64,000 nucleotides of DNA from NCBI GenBank assembly GCA_035221665.1, contig CM069157.1:5456001-5520000 (forward strand). The letters run 5' to 3'. This DNA is from Okamejei kenojei. Its lineage: Eukaryota. Shown piece by piece: positions 36,637 through 49,260 of this stretch. Under the pieces are notes generated by a model, which was not told where the DNA came from, made no database searches, and worked only from the letters and a program-made list of their open reading frames with translations. Position numbers and translations under genes: made by a program. The stretch's first letter is position 1, and each line of letters opens with the position of its first letter.

Positions 36637-39600
36637 GATGAGCCTTAAAATAAAACAAAAATAAACACTTAGATACATATCTTTTCTAAAAGTTACACTG
36701 CAACACATTATATTTTTTCAGCGTCAATACAGCAGTTCCAATAGAATTATGTGAAAATAAATTTGTGAATTGAAGGAGATTCAATAAACAAGACATTCAA
36801 ATCAGACAGTACAATGGTGCAACTAGAATGAGTGCTGTCTTCCTGCTTCGTTGACTCGGGTTCAGAATCCTGATCTCCAGTGCCGTCTGCATAGAGTTAA
36901 CAGATTCTCCCTGCAATTGACAGGGAAAAGGGATTTCCCTGTGAGCCAGAAGAGACCGATGGACCAAATATCACAAAGAAATATGAAAATACAATAGCTC
37001 CCAGGAACAACTTTTAAGCACTATTTTTAAATGAACGAAACAAACCGCAAGATTTCAGGATCATCCGATTTCCCAATGTCAGACTAATGATTTCCTTATG
37101 TGCAATGTAGTTGGGAAGCAAATAGTACAAGCTGAGAGAACAGTTTAAAAAAGTTTGGACCTTATAAAGATTTATTTATAATGCAAATAAAAGTTATGAT
37201 GAATATTTGTAAAACATTAGTTTAGACACTACCATAAGAAAGATGCAATGGCCTTTGAGAGGTTGTAGGAGAGATTTATTAAAATTATGCTAGGAAGATA
37301 GAGACACTAATTACAGGAAGGGACAAGAGAAGCTTGAGGTGTTCTACTTCCAATGAGAAAGAATGAGATGGAACCCTGATAGAAGTAAAATAAATTCTGC
37401 TGTAATGCACATTTCCAGAATATTGCAGGGTGTGTAAAAAGGTCTTGACTGGAAATGTCACCCAATTTTTCTCTCCAGAGATGATGCCTGTCCCGCTGAG
37501 TTTCTCCAGCTTTTTGTGTCTATTTTCCGTAACATTAATTGGATAGAAAGTGAGTGATGATTTGGGAAACATTATTTGCATTATGCATGCAGTGTTGGTT
37601 ACACCGCAATTTTGATTCAGAACTAGAAACCACTTATAAGTTAGTTTGTAAATAAATGAATAGGCGGAAAGTAAATAACCTAACCCAAAACTTGTTTTCG
37701 TATAACCTTCCTGCAGTAATCAAGGCACCATTGTCTCTTAAGACAGCTACCACTTTAACCATGGCATGTTATTGAAATTGACACGTCAATCGCTTCTATT
37801 GACAGTTGTGCAATGAACAATGTTACATTAAACAATGTAACATGCAGCCTTAAGTATTTTTAGCTTGCAGTAATAAATATAAATTTAAGTATTAAAAAGC
37901 CCTTTATTTTTGATAATCCTGTTTCATAGGAACACAACTATCACATTAAAGCAGAACTATCCGTTTTTTAAATGTAGAGTAGATAGAGAGAAGCCGCTCT
38001 GACTAGTAGAAGAATCAAGAGCTAGCAGTCACAGTATTAAGGTGACCTTTTAAAATATCCCAAATTGATGCAAGGATCAATAGCTTTTCTTTAAATGTTT
38101 ATGGTGAAAACCTGGAGTCTGCTGGTATGGAGCAAGGGAGGCAAGTTTAACCATGACATTCAAAAGGGAACTGCAAAAGTATTTCAAAAGAGAACATTTG
38201 CAGGGGTATGGAGAGAGAGCAGAAACAGAGCAGTTAGATTGCTCATCCATGGACCCAGCAAGCACGCAAGCAAGCAAGCCTCTTCCATCTGTGCGATTGT
38301 GTGAAATTGTATAGCGCATAACTAAACCTAAAGAAATGCTTTGATAATAATTTAACAAAGTTGTTTTTGCAGCAAAGAGGGTGGTGTTATCAAGAGAAAA
38401 CAACATTTCAAAATACGCACATTTGCAGAAATGCAGTTACACCCCAGTTCTATGGAAACCAGTAACAAAACAAGTCCACAGTATGTCCAAGGAGACCCAT
38501 CACTTGGTCATTCATTACCTCCTTGCACATCAGTTTAACACCCTTAAGAGAACTCCCCAAATTATCAAACATAATTGTATACGACACATACTTGGACACT
38601 GCACTCAATAAATAACCAAAATATTTTATGTAACACTCATGTCAGTACATCATCTGGAACAGTGTCACTGTGCACTGCTGGAAACTAATTTTGACTGCCT
38701 TATAAAAGCCACAATATATGCCACTTGGGGCACCAAATTTCGTTTAGGCAATTTATATATTTGAGCCAAATCTCGCTGAAGTATCACATGGCACACCCCA
38801 TCAGCTTTCCTGCATTTTCTCCAATCACAAGATTCGGCGTCATAAAAAAGTATGTTGAGAAGGGCATGCAAGCACAACCGTGCATCTGAGATTAGACAGA
38901 ATAATATGACTATGGACTAACCAATGCAATTTGAGAATTGAGAAAGTAGTAACAACAGAAACCAATCAAATCAGGTACAAAAAGAGAAATTAGGTAAATG
39001 AAATGGATTGAGAAACAAAACAGTAGTAGTCACATAAAAATGTATTTACATAATGCAGAAATATGATTGAACATCTAAATCATTTTCTTTCAAGGTTGAA
39101 GAGGTTGAATATTACTTGACTAAATCAATATACTGTGGCAAATGCAACTGCCCAAAATCTAAGCACAAGAGGAGAGAATGAGACACAAGAGACTACAGAT
39201 GATGGAATCTTGAAAACAAAATGCAGGAGGAACTTGGCATGTCAGGCAGCATCTGGGGAGGAAATGGACAGGCAACATTTTGGAGAGTTCAGCTACCAAA
39301 GCAGGAATATGAAAGACTGTTCCTCCAGTTTACGTGTGGCCTCACTCTAGCAAAGGAGGCGGCCAAGCACTGAAAGATTGGTATGGGAATGGGAAGAGAA
39401 GTTAAAATGGTTAACAAGTAACTACTTAAAATTCCGTACATTCCCACCCCAGATGCTGCCTGATCCGCTGAGTTCCTCTAGCATTTTGCATTTTGCCTGA
39501 GAGAAGAAAACATGGCTTAGATGCCTTTAATTTAATCTAATTTTTGGATTCTGCCAAGTTGAAATAATATTTTGTGGCAACTGTCCCAGGGTAAATCAAC

Positions 39601-39771
39601 TTTAAGAAAAGTCACTACTTTTAAAGTTGGTATTCAAAGAACCAAATTTACCTTTGTCAAATTGGCAAGTTTGTGATTTTACCAGTAGCATTTTCTTAAT
39701 ACTTCTCATAATGAATGATTTATAAATGTGTGTGGTTGATTGGTCAGCAAACCTGTTTCATGGTTTTATGT

Positions 39772-40739
39772 TAAAGAAGGAACTGCAGATGCTGGAAAAT
39801 CGAGGGTACACAAAAGGCTGGAGAAACTCAGCGGGTGCAGCAGCATCTAAGGAGCGAAGGAGATTGGCAACATTTCGGGCCGAAACCCTTCTTCAGACTG
39901 AAGGGAGGTGGGGGGAGGGGGGAGGGGGCGGGGAGAAGAAAGGAAAAAGGAGGAGCCGCCCGAGGGCTGAGGGAGAGGTGGGAAGGGGAGGAGACAGCAA
40001 GGGTTAACAGAATTGAGAAAATTCAATGTTCAAGCCAAGAGGATGCAGACTCCCCAAGCGGAATATGATGTGCTGTTCCTCCAATTTGCGGTGTTGCTTA
40101 CTCTGGCCGTGGAGGAGGCCCAGGACCGAGAGGTCGGATACGGAATGGGAGGGGGAGTTGAGGTGCTGAGCCACCGGGAGGTCGGCTTGGTTATTGCGGA
40201 CTGAGCGGAGGTGTTCGGCGAAACGATCGCCAAGCCTCCGCTCGGTCTCACCGATATAGATCAGCTGGCATCTAGAGCAGCAGATGCAGTAGATGAGGTT
40301 GGAGGAGGTGCAGGTGAACCTCGGTCGGACCTGGAAGAACTGCTTGGGTCCCTGAAAGGTGTGGAGGGGGGAGGTAAAGGGACAAGTGTAACATCTCTTG
40401 CGGTTGCAAGGGAAAGTGCCTGGGGAAGGGGTGGAGCGGGAGGGAAGGGAAGAATTGACAAGGGAATTGTGGAGGGAGCGGTCTTTACGGAAGGCAGACG
40501 GGGGGGAGATGGGAAGACGTGGCGAGTGGTGGGGTCACGTTGGAGGTGGCGAAACTGGCGGAGGACTAAATGTGTTGTATGTGCCGGCTGGTGGGGTAAA
40601 AGGTGAGGACCAGGAGGACTCTGCCCTTATTGCGATTGGGGGAAATGGAGAGAGAGGGCAGTGTTGCGGGGTGTGGAGGAGAAACTGGTTCGCGCCTCAT
40701 CTATAGTGGGGGAGGGGAATCCCCGTTCTCTGAAGAATT
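39772..40739 (-). mobile_element. Penelope-like element, 5'-truncated (GIY-YIG endonuclease region plus terminal repeat with hammerhead core)
   Basis: 12-bp TSD ATGGTTTTATGT (39760-39771, 40740-40751); YIGET..RLGDRFAEHL frame; core CTGAAGAAGGGTTTCGGCCCGAAA at about 39873-39896. Confidence 0.85.
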
Positions 40740-42099
40740 ATGGTTTTATGTGCTTCCCCAGCACCTTTACAAAGTGGGATCAGGAAAGTGCAGGGATGTA
40801 TTTTTTCAGTAATGGAATGTGCAAAGTTAGAATGCTATTGGGGGCTGTATTCCTTCAACATTAACTCCAAGTAATTCAAAGTCAACACTTTATAGCATAG
40901 GACTCCCCTGCTAGAAATACAAAGGGGAGGTTTTTTATTGTGATCTGACAACACACGCTTTTGGTTGGTAAAGGTTCAACAACCCTCTTGTACATTCTTG
41001 AGTATTCAGAATTTTTAATCTACATGAGTAAATATGTCTGGGTCCACAAGAAGATTATGAGCAATCAATAGTTTGTTTCAAAGTCAACAGTTATCATAAA
41101 TCTCGCAAACCAAACAAGGTTAACTGTCAAAACTCTGAATCAATTTATACAATAATGTTAAGCTGCTCGCTGAACTTTACTGTTGTAGGATGCTTCATGA
41201 ACCACTATATCCAACTTCAATCTTAATAAGTACTTCTATAGACAAAGGCTGCCAGAAATTTGAAACTCTTCTGCAAATTGAAATCTATGTTGAATCATTT
41301 GTTAATTTTAAATCTGCAATTGATAAATTCCTCTAACCAAAACATATGCCAAGCATTGGTAGGTGTGCGAGTTGAGTCAAAGATTAACCATGATCTCATC
41401 GAATTCCCTAAACAAATAATTTTGTTTCAATTGCACCATCACAATGCAATAACACAAGAAACATTGGAATGCTATTATTTTTTATCATTTTGTTTGCATA
41501 TAGAATTTTTTTCATACCATTTTATTTTTATTAGGAAAAAAAAGAATAAGATTGTCATCTTTTCAAAGCACTACAATTTAGTAATGGTTTCATAGTATTG
41601 TGTGTTTCCCCATGTGCCTTTACAAATTTTGATCAGGAAAGTGCGTAGGTTTTTCATTGGCAGTATACTCTGAGAACTCCATAACCTGGCGATGTTAGAA
41701 TCCTATTTCTATGTACACGCAAAACCTGCCACTAACTTCTGGGAACTCATTCCATATATCCACCATCCTTGTTAAAACGCCTGTCCTTCTGGTCTCCCTT
41801 AAATCTCTCCCCTCTCACCTGAAAACTATATTATTGTCTAGGTTTAGACTGCCCTCCTCTGGGTAAAAAGACCTAACCATCTACCCTATCTATGCCCCTC
41901 ATAACTTTGACAACCTCTACACAGATATCACTTAGCCCTATCGGCTCCAGGGGAAACTGTCTATTCAACTCGAGCCCACCTGTCTAGACAGCATCATTGT
42001 GCATCTTTTCTGCACCTTCTGAGACAATGACAATTCAGGTAATCATCTCAAAATACAGGAAGGATACAATATTGCCTGCAACAAAAATCTTCCAGGCAT

Positions 42100-42650
42100 G
42101 ATAGAGGTTGACGTGCACTGGATTTAACCTCTCCACTGTATCTATTGTTCCCGGTATGGCTTCCTGTACATCGGTGAGACTAAGCGTATGTTTGGCGACC
42201 ATTTCGTCAAACACCTACGTTCGCTACATCAAGGTTGTACGGATCTCCCTGTTTCTAACCATTTTATCTCTTCTTCCTAATTCCATGCTGGCCTCTCTAG
42301 ACCTGGACCACCAGGGAAGCCATGCACAAACTGGAGGAATAGCACCTCATATTTCACGAATATTCACAAGTATGGACACTGAATTCTCCAAATTTAGGTA
42401 ACTACCAAACCGCCCCACTACCCTTCCATCCCCCTCTCTCCCCTGTGCCCCACCTGGGCATGCACCTATTTCTCCTCTCCCCTTCCACCTACATTTCTTC
42501 CTCCAGCTTCACAATGTGCAGTATTCAATCATTTTCTCTCACATCTTCTGGCTTTTCATCTCTGGCCTTTATCCAATCACCTGTCCATCACCCCCCCCCC
42601 CCCCCCCCCCCCCCCCCATCACCTGTATCCACCTGTTACTTGCCTTTATC
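42100..42650 (+). mobile_element. Degraded Penelope-like element (GIY-YIG region)
   Basis: ctgtacatcggtgagactaagcgt (LYIGETKR) and ctggaggaatagcacctcatatt similar to 51460-51711. Confidence 0.7.
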
Positions 42651-43369
42651 TTGCACTAAACGTTATTCACATTATTCCCTTTATCATGTATCTGTACTCT
42701 GTGAATGGCTTGATTGTAATCATTTGTAGTCTTTACGCTGACTGGTCAGCACAGAACAAAAGCTTATCACTGTTCCTCAATACACGTGACAATAAACTAA
42801 ACTAACCGAGGATTTCAAATTAAATTCTCTTTAGCGCATTCAGCTGACCTTACTCTGATGTGTACCCCAATGACTGATCAACCTGTCATGTCAATACTCC
42901 TATTAATGCACACAGATCAAGTGGGATCAAGAGTGTTCACGTCGCGGCCCTGTTTCCACCACCACAATAGCACAAGAAGCGCAAGACAGACACCGTTGTA
43001 TGTAGAAGCTGAGAAGTATGTTCAGCTCTGGCTGAACAACTTCTAATCTTGTATGTGGACTCGATAAGAAGACCCAGATCAAGTAACACCCAAGAGCCTA
43101 CCAAACTGGATCAGAAAAAAAATCATATTGGTGGAGGACACACCTGGAAGACAATAGACACAGGAGTAGGCCACTCGAGCCAGCACCGCCATTCAATGCG
43201 ATCATGGCTGATCATCCCCAGTCAGTACCCCATTCCTGCCTTCTCCCCATATCCCCCGACTTTGCTATCTTTAAGAGCCCTGTCTAGCTCTCTTGAAAGT
43301 ATTCAGAGAATCATGTTGGTTGGAAACCTATCAGGACAGCCCCTAGAGACAACAAAACTACACTAGTTT

Positions 43370-43510
43370 CTTCTTCTTCTTGCGTATGGTGTGCACAGCC
43401 TAAAGTTGTTGGACAACTTGTTCTATTTAATCTTATTTGATTGTGCACAGCGGGTTGATTGCATTTGTCGAAACAGGGTGGACCACATGAAGGTTGCAAT
43501 CTTCCACTCC
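43370..43510 (-). mobile_element. 141-bp non-autonomous retroelement (Ingi/Vingi-like SINE) with HDV-like ribozyme head and CATACGCAAG(AAG)n tail
   Basis: 10-bp TSD ACACTAGTTT (43360-43369, 43511-43520); trinucleotide tail; no tRNA A/B boxes seen. Confidence 0.8.
43457..43510 (-). ncRNA. Minimal HDV-like self-cleaving ribozyme fold (54 nt)
   Basis: GGAGTGG AA GATTGCA ACC TTCATGT GGT CCACCCT GTTTCGA CAAA TGCAATC: P1 7 bp (G.U first pair, one A.C mismatch), P2 7 bp, P3 3 bp, 7-nt L3, J4/2 with C; folded by eye. Confidence 0.7.
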
Positions 43511-43719
43511 ACACTAGTTTACCTTCCGCTAAATGAGCAACAACCTCCAATACAAGGTCACAAGTGGGTTTGTTCACCGATACATTAATATGCCATTGAC
43601 AGAGTGAGGCCACACGCAAGCTGGAGGAACAGCACTTCATATTTCACCTATATGGCTTACAACTCAACGGTATGAACAATGAATTCTTCAATTTTAGGTA
43701 ACCAAACCCCCCCCACTGT

Positions 43720-43950
43720 AGTGTTTAATAGCCTGATGGCCGTAGGGAAAAAGCTGTTGCTGAACCAATAGAGTTTTCATGCTCCTGTACCTTCTTCCCG
43801 ATGGCAGGGGTGAAATGAGTGTGTGGCCAGGATGGTGTGGGTCTCTGATGATGCTGGCTGCCTGTGAGGCAGCGGCTCCGATAAATCCACTCGATGGCGT
43901 GGAGGTCAGAGCCAATGATGGACTGGGCAGTGTTCACAACTTTGAGGTCC
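43720..43950 (-). mobile_element. Rex1/Babar-type LINE 3' fragment
   Basis: KVVNTAQSIIGSDL..IYRSRC and IIRDPHHPGHTL..PLPSGRRYRS motifs. Confidence 0.75.
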
Positions 43951-45848
43951 ATCCATTTTAACTAAACTTTGTCCTTTCCAGAAACACCCATATTCCAAGA
44001 AGTAATTTGAAGAGATATCTCCTAAACCACGAGGACCTGACCACAAGTTATCTGTATCTCTTTCCAGCATATTATACACTTTTCAGAAGCAATGGAGGTG
44101 AAAAGAAATGCACATTCAAACGTTAAAATTATTTTCCACAATGCACCTTTCTATAAATAGTAGATTTTATTGCTCATTTAGGATGAAAATGACACAACAA
44201 ATATTCACCAGGCAAAGACATTAATTCATATTCCAGAATTATTTTACAGAAAACATTCCTGGCATTTGGGTTACTACTGATAATCTTTTCCTGATGTGGA
44301 AAATAGATTATGGGTTTTGCATATTCGAAATGGTCAACTACAAATACTGTAATAACTTCAGAACTTTTATCAACGGATACACACGAGACAAGCAGCAAGC
44401 TTTCTGCAAACTCTTATGCATTGGTTATAAATGCATGCAACCAAAGTTAAATGTTTCAATATTTTCTGCCAAATGAATCCCATGCACAACTCTGCAACTC
44501 TTTTTTTTAAAATAGGAAAGAACATATTGGGAGAACTATCTGCTTTATATATATTTTTTAATTGAACATAACACTAAAAACATAACAATCCAATAAATGC
44601 TACCTTCAACATCTAGGAAAGATATTGACTCCTTGTTGGAACATAATCATTCATTCTAGAAGCCAGAAAAGTGAGCATTGGCAGATGATCAGACTCCAGA
44701 AGGCATCTGAGAAGTGAATTAAGTCTTTATCCTGCATTTGCACATTTGTGCAAGGTTCCACCCGATACTGAAACTCACTGCAGCGCTACTACTTATAATC
44801 CAAATAACACCAACTCAGCATGAACTACATCTCAATCTCAAACCAGACGTAACTATGTTTTCTTTCCATCATCTTAACTGTTGTGGCACAAGGGCTATAA
44901 GAAGTATACTGCCAAGTTCACCATGTTTGCCTCACTGTGCTTCTCTTAATTCCAAACCATTAGTAAACATCCACTGTAAAACAAGTATCCCGTACAAATT
45001 TTTTTAAGTTGACAAAATTCTAAACTGTTCAACCATTCTTGGTTTATGCACTGGCAGCTATTAAGCGGACAGTATCAATTTCAAGAAACCAATATGCATG
45101 TTTATAAATTATGTAATTTTACCCCCATAAAATAACTGAAAGAAATTGTCCGTTTAAATGGCCAATAGGTAAAGTGTAGTTTTAAAAGATTTATTACATT
45201 ATTACTGTAGAAACCAATGTGAATTAATGTCAATTTTATCTAGCCTGATAGTTACTATAACCATGTAACTGAAGAAAACAGGTAGAGGAATATATCTGGA
45301 GGATGTATCCAAAATCATAGCATGTATCACTCATACTGTGCAATATTTACTAGGTCTTAAACAAGAACAAACCAGTGCTATGAGAGCAGACTACACGTGA
45401 TGTGATGGGCATGTAGGAATTGGGATGAGAAGAACAAAGGGAGATGGTAATCTCTGAAGATGCATTCTTCCGGGTACCATGAAAGGAGCCATTTCGCACA
45501 GTTAGAGCTAAGATTATTAAATCAATCTCTGGTTAGATGTCTGGAGGGGCATCTATGCAGTGCAGTGATTGAATAAATATGCAATAACCAGCCATAGAAG
45601 TCTCAGGTGGCACTACAATTGTGACGATCCCCAATGACTGAAGAGTTAACCAATAACACTCAGTGCCTTGGTTTGCACAAGAACACCCTATGCTAATTCC
45701 TGTGATGAAAGGGTAGTTCTATTATGAGCAGCTAAATAAATTAGAACTGTATTCTTTGGAATGTGGAAGTTCTATTGTTCTACTGAAACAAAACAGCCAC
45801 ATATCAAGATGTTTCCACTAGTGGGAGAATCCAGAATGTGGGAATATA

Positions 45849-47471
45849 CAGTGGCTTGCAAAAGTATTCATAGCCCTTGAACTTTTCCACATTTTGTCAC
45901 GTTAAAACCACAAATGTGAATGTATTTTATTAGGATTTTATGTGATAGACCAACACAAAGTGGCGCATAATTGTGAAGTGGAAGGAAAATGATACATGGT
46001 TTTCAATTTTTTTTACAAATAAAAAAAACTGAAAAGTGTGGCGTGCAAAAGTATTCAGCCCCCTTTACTCTGATACCCCTAAATAAAATCCAGTGCAACC
46101 AATTGCCTTCAGAAGTCACCTAATTAGTAAATAGAGTCCACTTGTGTGTAATCTAATCTCAGTATAAATACAGCTGTTCTGTGAAGGCCTCAGAGGTTTG
46201 TTAGAGAACATTAGTGAACAAACAATGCTCCTTGGGCATCATGAAGCCCAAGGAACACACCAGACAGGTCAGGGATAAAGTTGTGGAGAAGTTTAAAGCA
46301 GGGTTAGGTTATAAAAAAATATCCCAAGCTTTGAACATCTCACGGAGCACTGCTCAACCCATCATCCGAAAATGGAAAGAGTATGGCACAACTGCAAACC
46401 TACCAAGACATGGCCGTCCACCTAAACTGACAGGCCGGGCAAGGAGAGCATTGATCAGAGAAGCAGCCAAGAGGCCCATGGTAACTCTGGAGGAGCTGCA
46501 AAGATCCACAGCTCAGGTGGGAGAATCTGTCCACAGGACAACTATTTGTCATGCACTCCACAAATCGGGCCTTTATGGAAGAGTGGCAAGAAGAAAGCCA
46601 TTGTTGAAACAAAGCCATAAGAAGTCCCGTTTGCAGTTTGCCACAAGCCATGTGGGGGACACAGCAAACATGTGGAAGAAGGTGCTCTGGTCGGATGAGA
46701 CCAAAATGGAAGTTTTTGGTCTAAACGCTATGTGTGGCGGAAAACTAACACTGCACATCACCCTGAACACACCATCCCCACTGTGAAACATGGTGGTGGC
46801 AGCAGCATGATATGGGGATGCTTTTCTTCAGCAGGGACAGGGAAGCTGGTCAGAGTTGATGAGAAGATGGATGGAGCCAAATACAGGGCAATCTTGGAAG
46901 AAAACCTGTTAGAGTCTGCAAAAGACTTGAGACTGGGGTGAAGGTTCACCTTCCAGCAGGACAACAACCCTAAACATACAGCCAGAGCTACAATGGAATG
47001 GTTTAGATCAAAGCATATTCATGTGTTAGAATGGCCCAGTCAAAGTCCAGACCTAAATCCAATTGAGAATCTCTGGCAAGACTTGAAAATTGCTGTTCAC
47101 AGACGCTCTCCATCCAATCTGACTGAGCTTGAGCTATTTTGCAAAGAAGAATGGGCAAAAATGGCAGTCTCTAGATGTGCAAAGCTGGTAGAGACATACC
47201 CCAAAAGACTTGCAGCTGTAATTGCAGCGAAAGGTGGTTCTACAAAGTATTGACTCAGGGGGGCTGAATACTTTTGCATGCCATACTTTTCAGTTTTTTA
47301 TTTGTAATAAAATTTGGAAACCATGTATCATTTTCCTTCCACTTCACAATTATGCACCACTTTGTGTTGGCATTTCACATAAAATCCCAATAAAATACAT
47401 TTACGTTTGTGGTTGTAACGTGACAAAATGTGGAAAAGTTCAAGGGGTATGAATACTTTTGCAAGCCACTG
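45849..47471 (+). mobile_element. Full-length Tc1/mariner transposon of the Passport/Eagle/Glan type (IR/DR ends)
   Basis: TA TSD (45847-45848, 47472-47473); about 215-bp TIRs starting CAGTGGCTTGCAAAAGTATTCA with an inner direct repeat; 1623 bp; interrupts a CR1 remnant. Confidence 0.97.
46241..47253 (+). pseudogene. DD34E Tc1 transposase, inactivated
   Basis: [51 protein letters not shown]; frameshift near 46721-46731 and in-frame TGA at 46939-46941. Confidence 0.93.
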
Positions 47472-48207
47472 TAACTACAAGATAAGGAGGCAGTAGTTTT
47501 AAAATGACATTACATAGTGTGTTGAGTCTCTAGAATTATTTCTCCCATACGCCCGAGGAGGCTGGATTATTGAGAGTAGAGAAGATAAATATATTTAAAA
47601 TAAAGATCAGAGAATTGAGGGCGATTGGGAACTAGTGCAGAAGGGGAGTTGAGATCCGGGAGAGATTAACAATGATTTCATGAGATGGTGGGGCATAACT
47701 GAGGGGGTCGAGTGGCCATCTTCCGATTTTATTTTGCATTCTTACATTTTTATAAAAGGGATAAATAGGAAGAATTGTTTCCTGTGGAAATCATCCTAAC
47801 AGAGATTCTGTTCGAGACGGGAGGAAAAATCACTGTAAAAACAAACAAAATTTCTGCAGTTCTCAGAGGATTAAACAAATCTGATAATCTCTCTAGATTG
47901 CTCTACAATCTGGCCCAGTCTATTCATTTGAGGCCAATCCCCCAAAGCACTCCTGTAACAGTTATGTAACTAGTTTTTCTACAATAATGTGAAGACATTT
48001 AGTCAATGCAAATGTGCAAACTATTTTTGACAAATTTTACAGCAAAAGGAATAATAAAACATAAATTGTACCACTATAATAGAAATTAAGGAACTGACAG
48101 AGCTGAATGCATATATGCAAAGGTCTTTGAAGTTGGCTGAACAGATCTCAAGGTAGACACAAAATGCTGGAGTAACTCAGCGGGACAGGCAGCATCTCTA
48201 GAGAGAA

Positions 48208-48505
48208 GGGGCAGCACGGTGACACAGCTGTAGAGTTGCTGCCTTGCAGCGCCAGAGACTCGGGTTCGATCCCGACTATGGGTGCTGTCCGTATGGAGTT
48301 TGTACATTCTCCCCGTGGCCGAGTGGGTTATCTTCATGATCTTCGATTTCCTCCCACATTCCAAAGACATACAGGTATGTTAATTGGATTGGTTTAATTG
48401 TCCCTAGTGTGTGTAGGATAGTGTTAATGTGTGGGGATCGCTGTTTGGCGCAGACCCGGTGGGCCGAAGGGCCCTTTTCCACGCTGTATCTCAAAACTAA
48501 ACAAA
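48208..48505 (+). mobile_element. V-SINE/HE1-like SINE nested in a Penelope terminal repeat
   Basis: ggggcagcacggt head, gggttcgatccc B-box, CR1-like tail. Confidence 0.85.
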
Positions 48506-48623
48506 AAAAGGAATGGGTCACGTTTTGGGTCGAGACCCTTCTTCAGACTGACATCAAGGGAGTGGGCCAGATTGAGATAGAATGTAGTCAGAGAAAGTAG
48601 GTCTGGCGGGAGAACTGGGAAGG

Positions 48624-48627
<4 letters not shown>

Positions 48628-48696
<69 letters not shown>
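48628..48696 (+). repeat. (GA)n microsatellite
   Basis: Directly visible. Confidence 0.97.
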
Positions 48697-48700
<4 letters not shown>

Positions 48701-49260
48701 AAGCAAGGGCTACTTGAAGTGTGAGAAGTCAATGTTCATACCGATGGGGGCAGGCTACCCAAGCGAAATATAAGTGCTGTTCCACCAATTCGTGCTGGGC
48801 CCCATTCTGACAATGGAGGAGGCCCAGGACAAAAAGGTCAGATTGGGAATGGGAGGGGGAGTTAAACTGCTGAGCAACCGGGAGATCAGGTAGGTTATGG
48901 CGGACTGAGTGGGGGTGTTCAGCGAAATGATCGCCTAGCTTGCACTTGGTCTACAGGAGTTGACACCTAGAACAGCGGATCAGTAGGTGAGGTGCAAGTG
49001 AACCTCTGCCTCACCTGAAGAGTGTCAGGGTCCTTGGATAGAGTCAAGGGGGGGGGGGGGGGAGGTTAAGGGACAGGTGTTGCGCCTCCTGTGGTTGCGC
49101 TACCCGTGAAATATGAGGTGCTGTTCCTCCAATTTGCGCTGGGCCTCATCTCAACACATCTTTGGAGGTGTTGAGGAACAGAGAACAGTTAATAAAGCAT
49201 ACGGGTCTCTGGGCTTCATAAATGGATATAGAATACAAGAACAAACATGTTATGTTGGTG

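Larger units (their letters stand above)
3288..36643 (-). other. EPB41: EPB41 (protein 4.1R) gene, partial: exons 2-17 (mammalian numbering); first exon(s) not identified and CTD exons lie outside the window
   Basis: 15 exons with GT-AG borders and compatible phases join into 2208 nt (736 codons) without a stop. Peptides MTTE..., SLDLHSxSSAETQ-like, MHCKV, FERM, FA ([10 protein letters not shown]) and SAB (ENIYVRHSNLMLE/DLDKTQ) fit 4.1R better than 4.1G/N/B. Confidence 0.95.
48153..49145 (-). mobile_element. Penelope-like element remnant interrupted by a SINE and a (GA)n tract
   Basis: Terminal repeat split at 48207/48508; GIY-YIG-like region 48715-49145. Confidence 0.7.

Noticed and set aside
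39726-40864. Multiple plus-strand ORFs of 60-130 aa
   Set aside because: Antisense or off-frame readings of the Penelope element.
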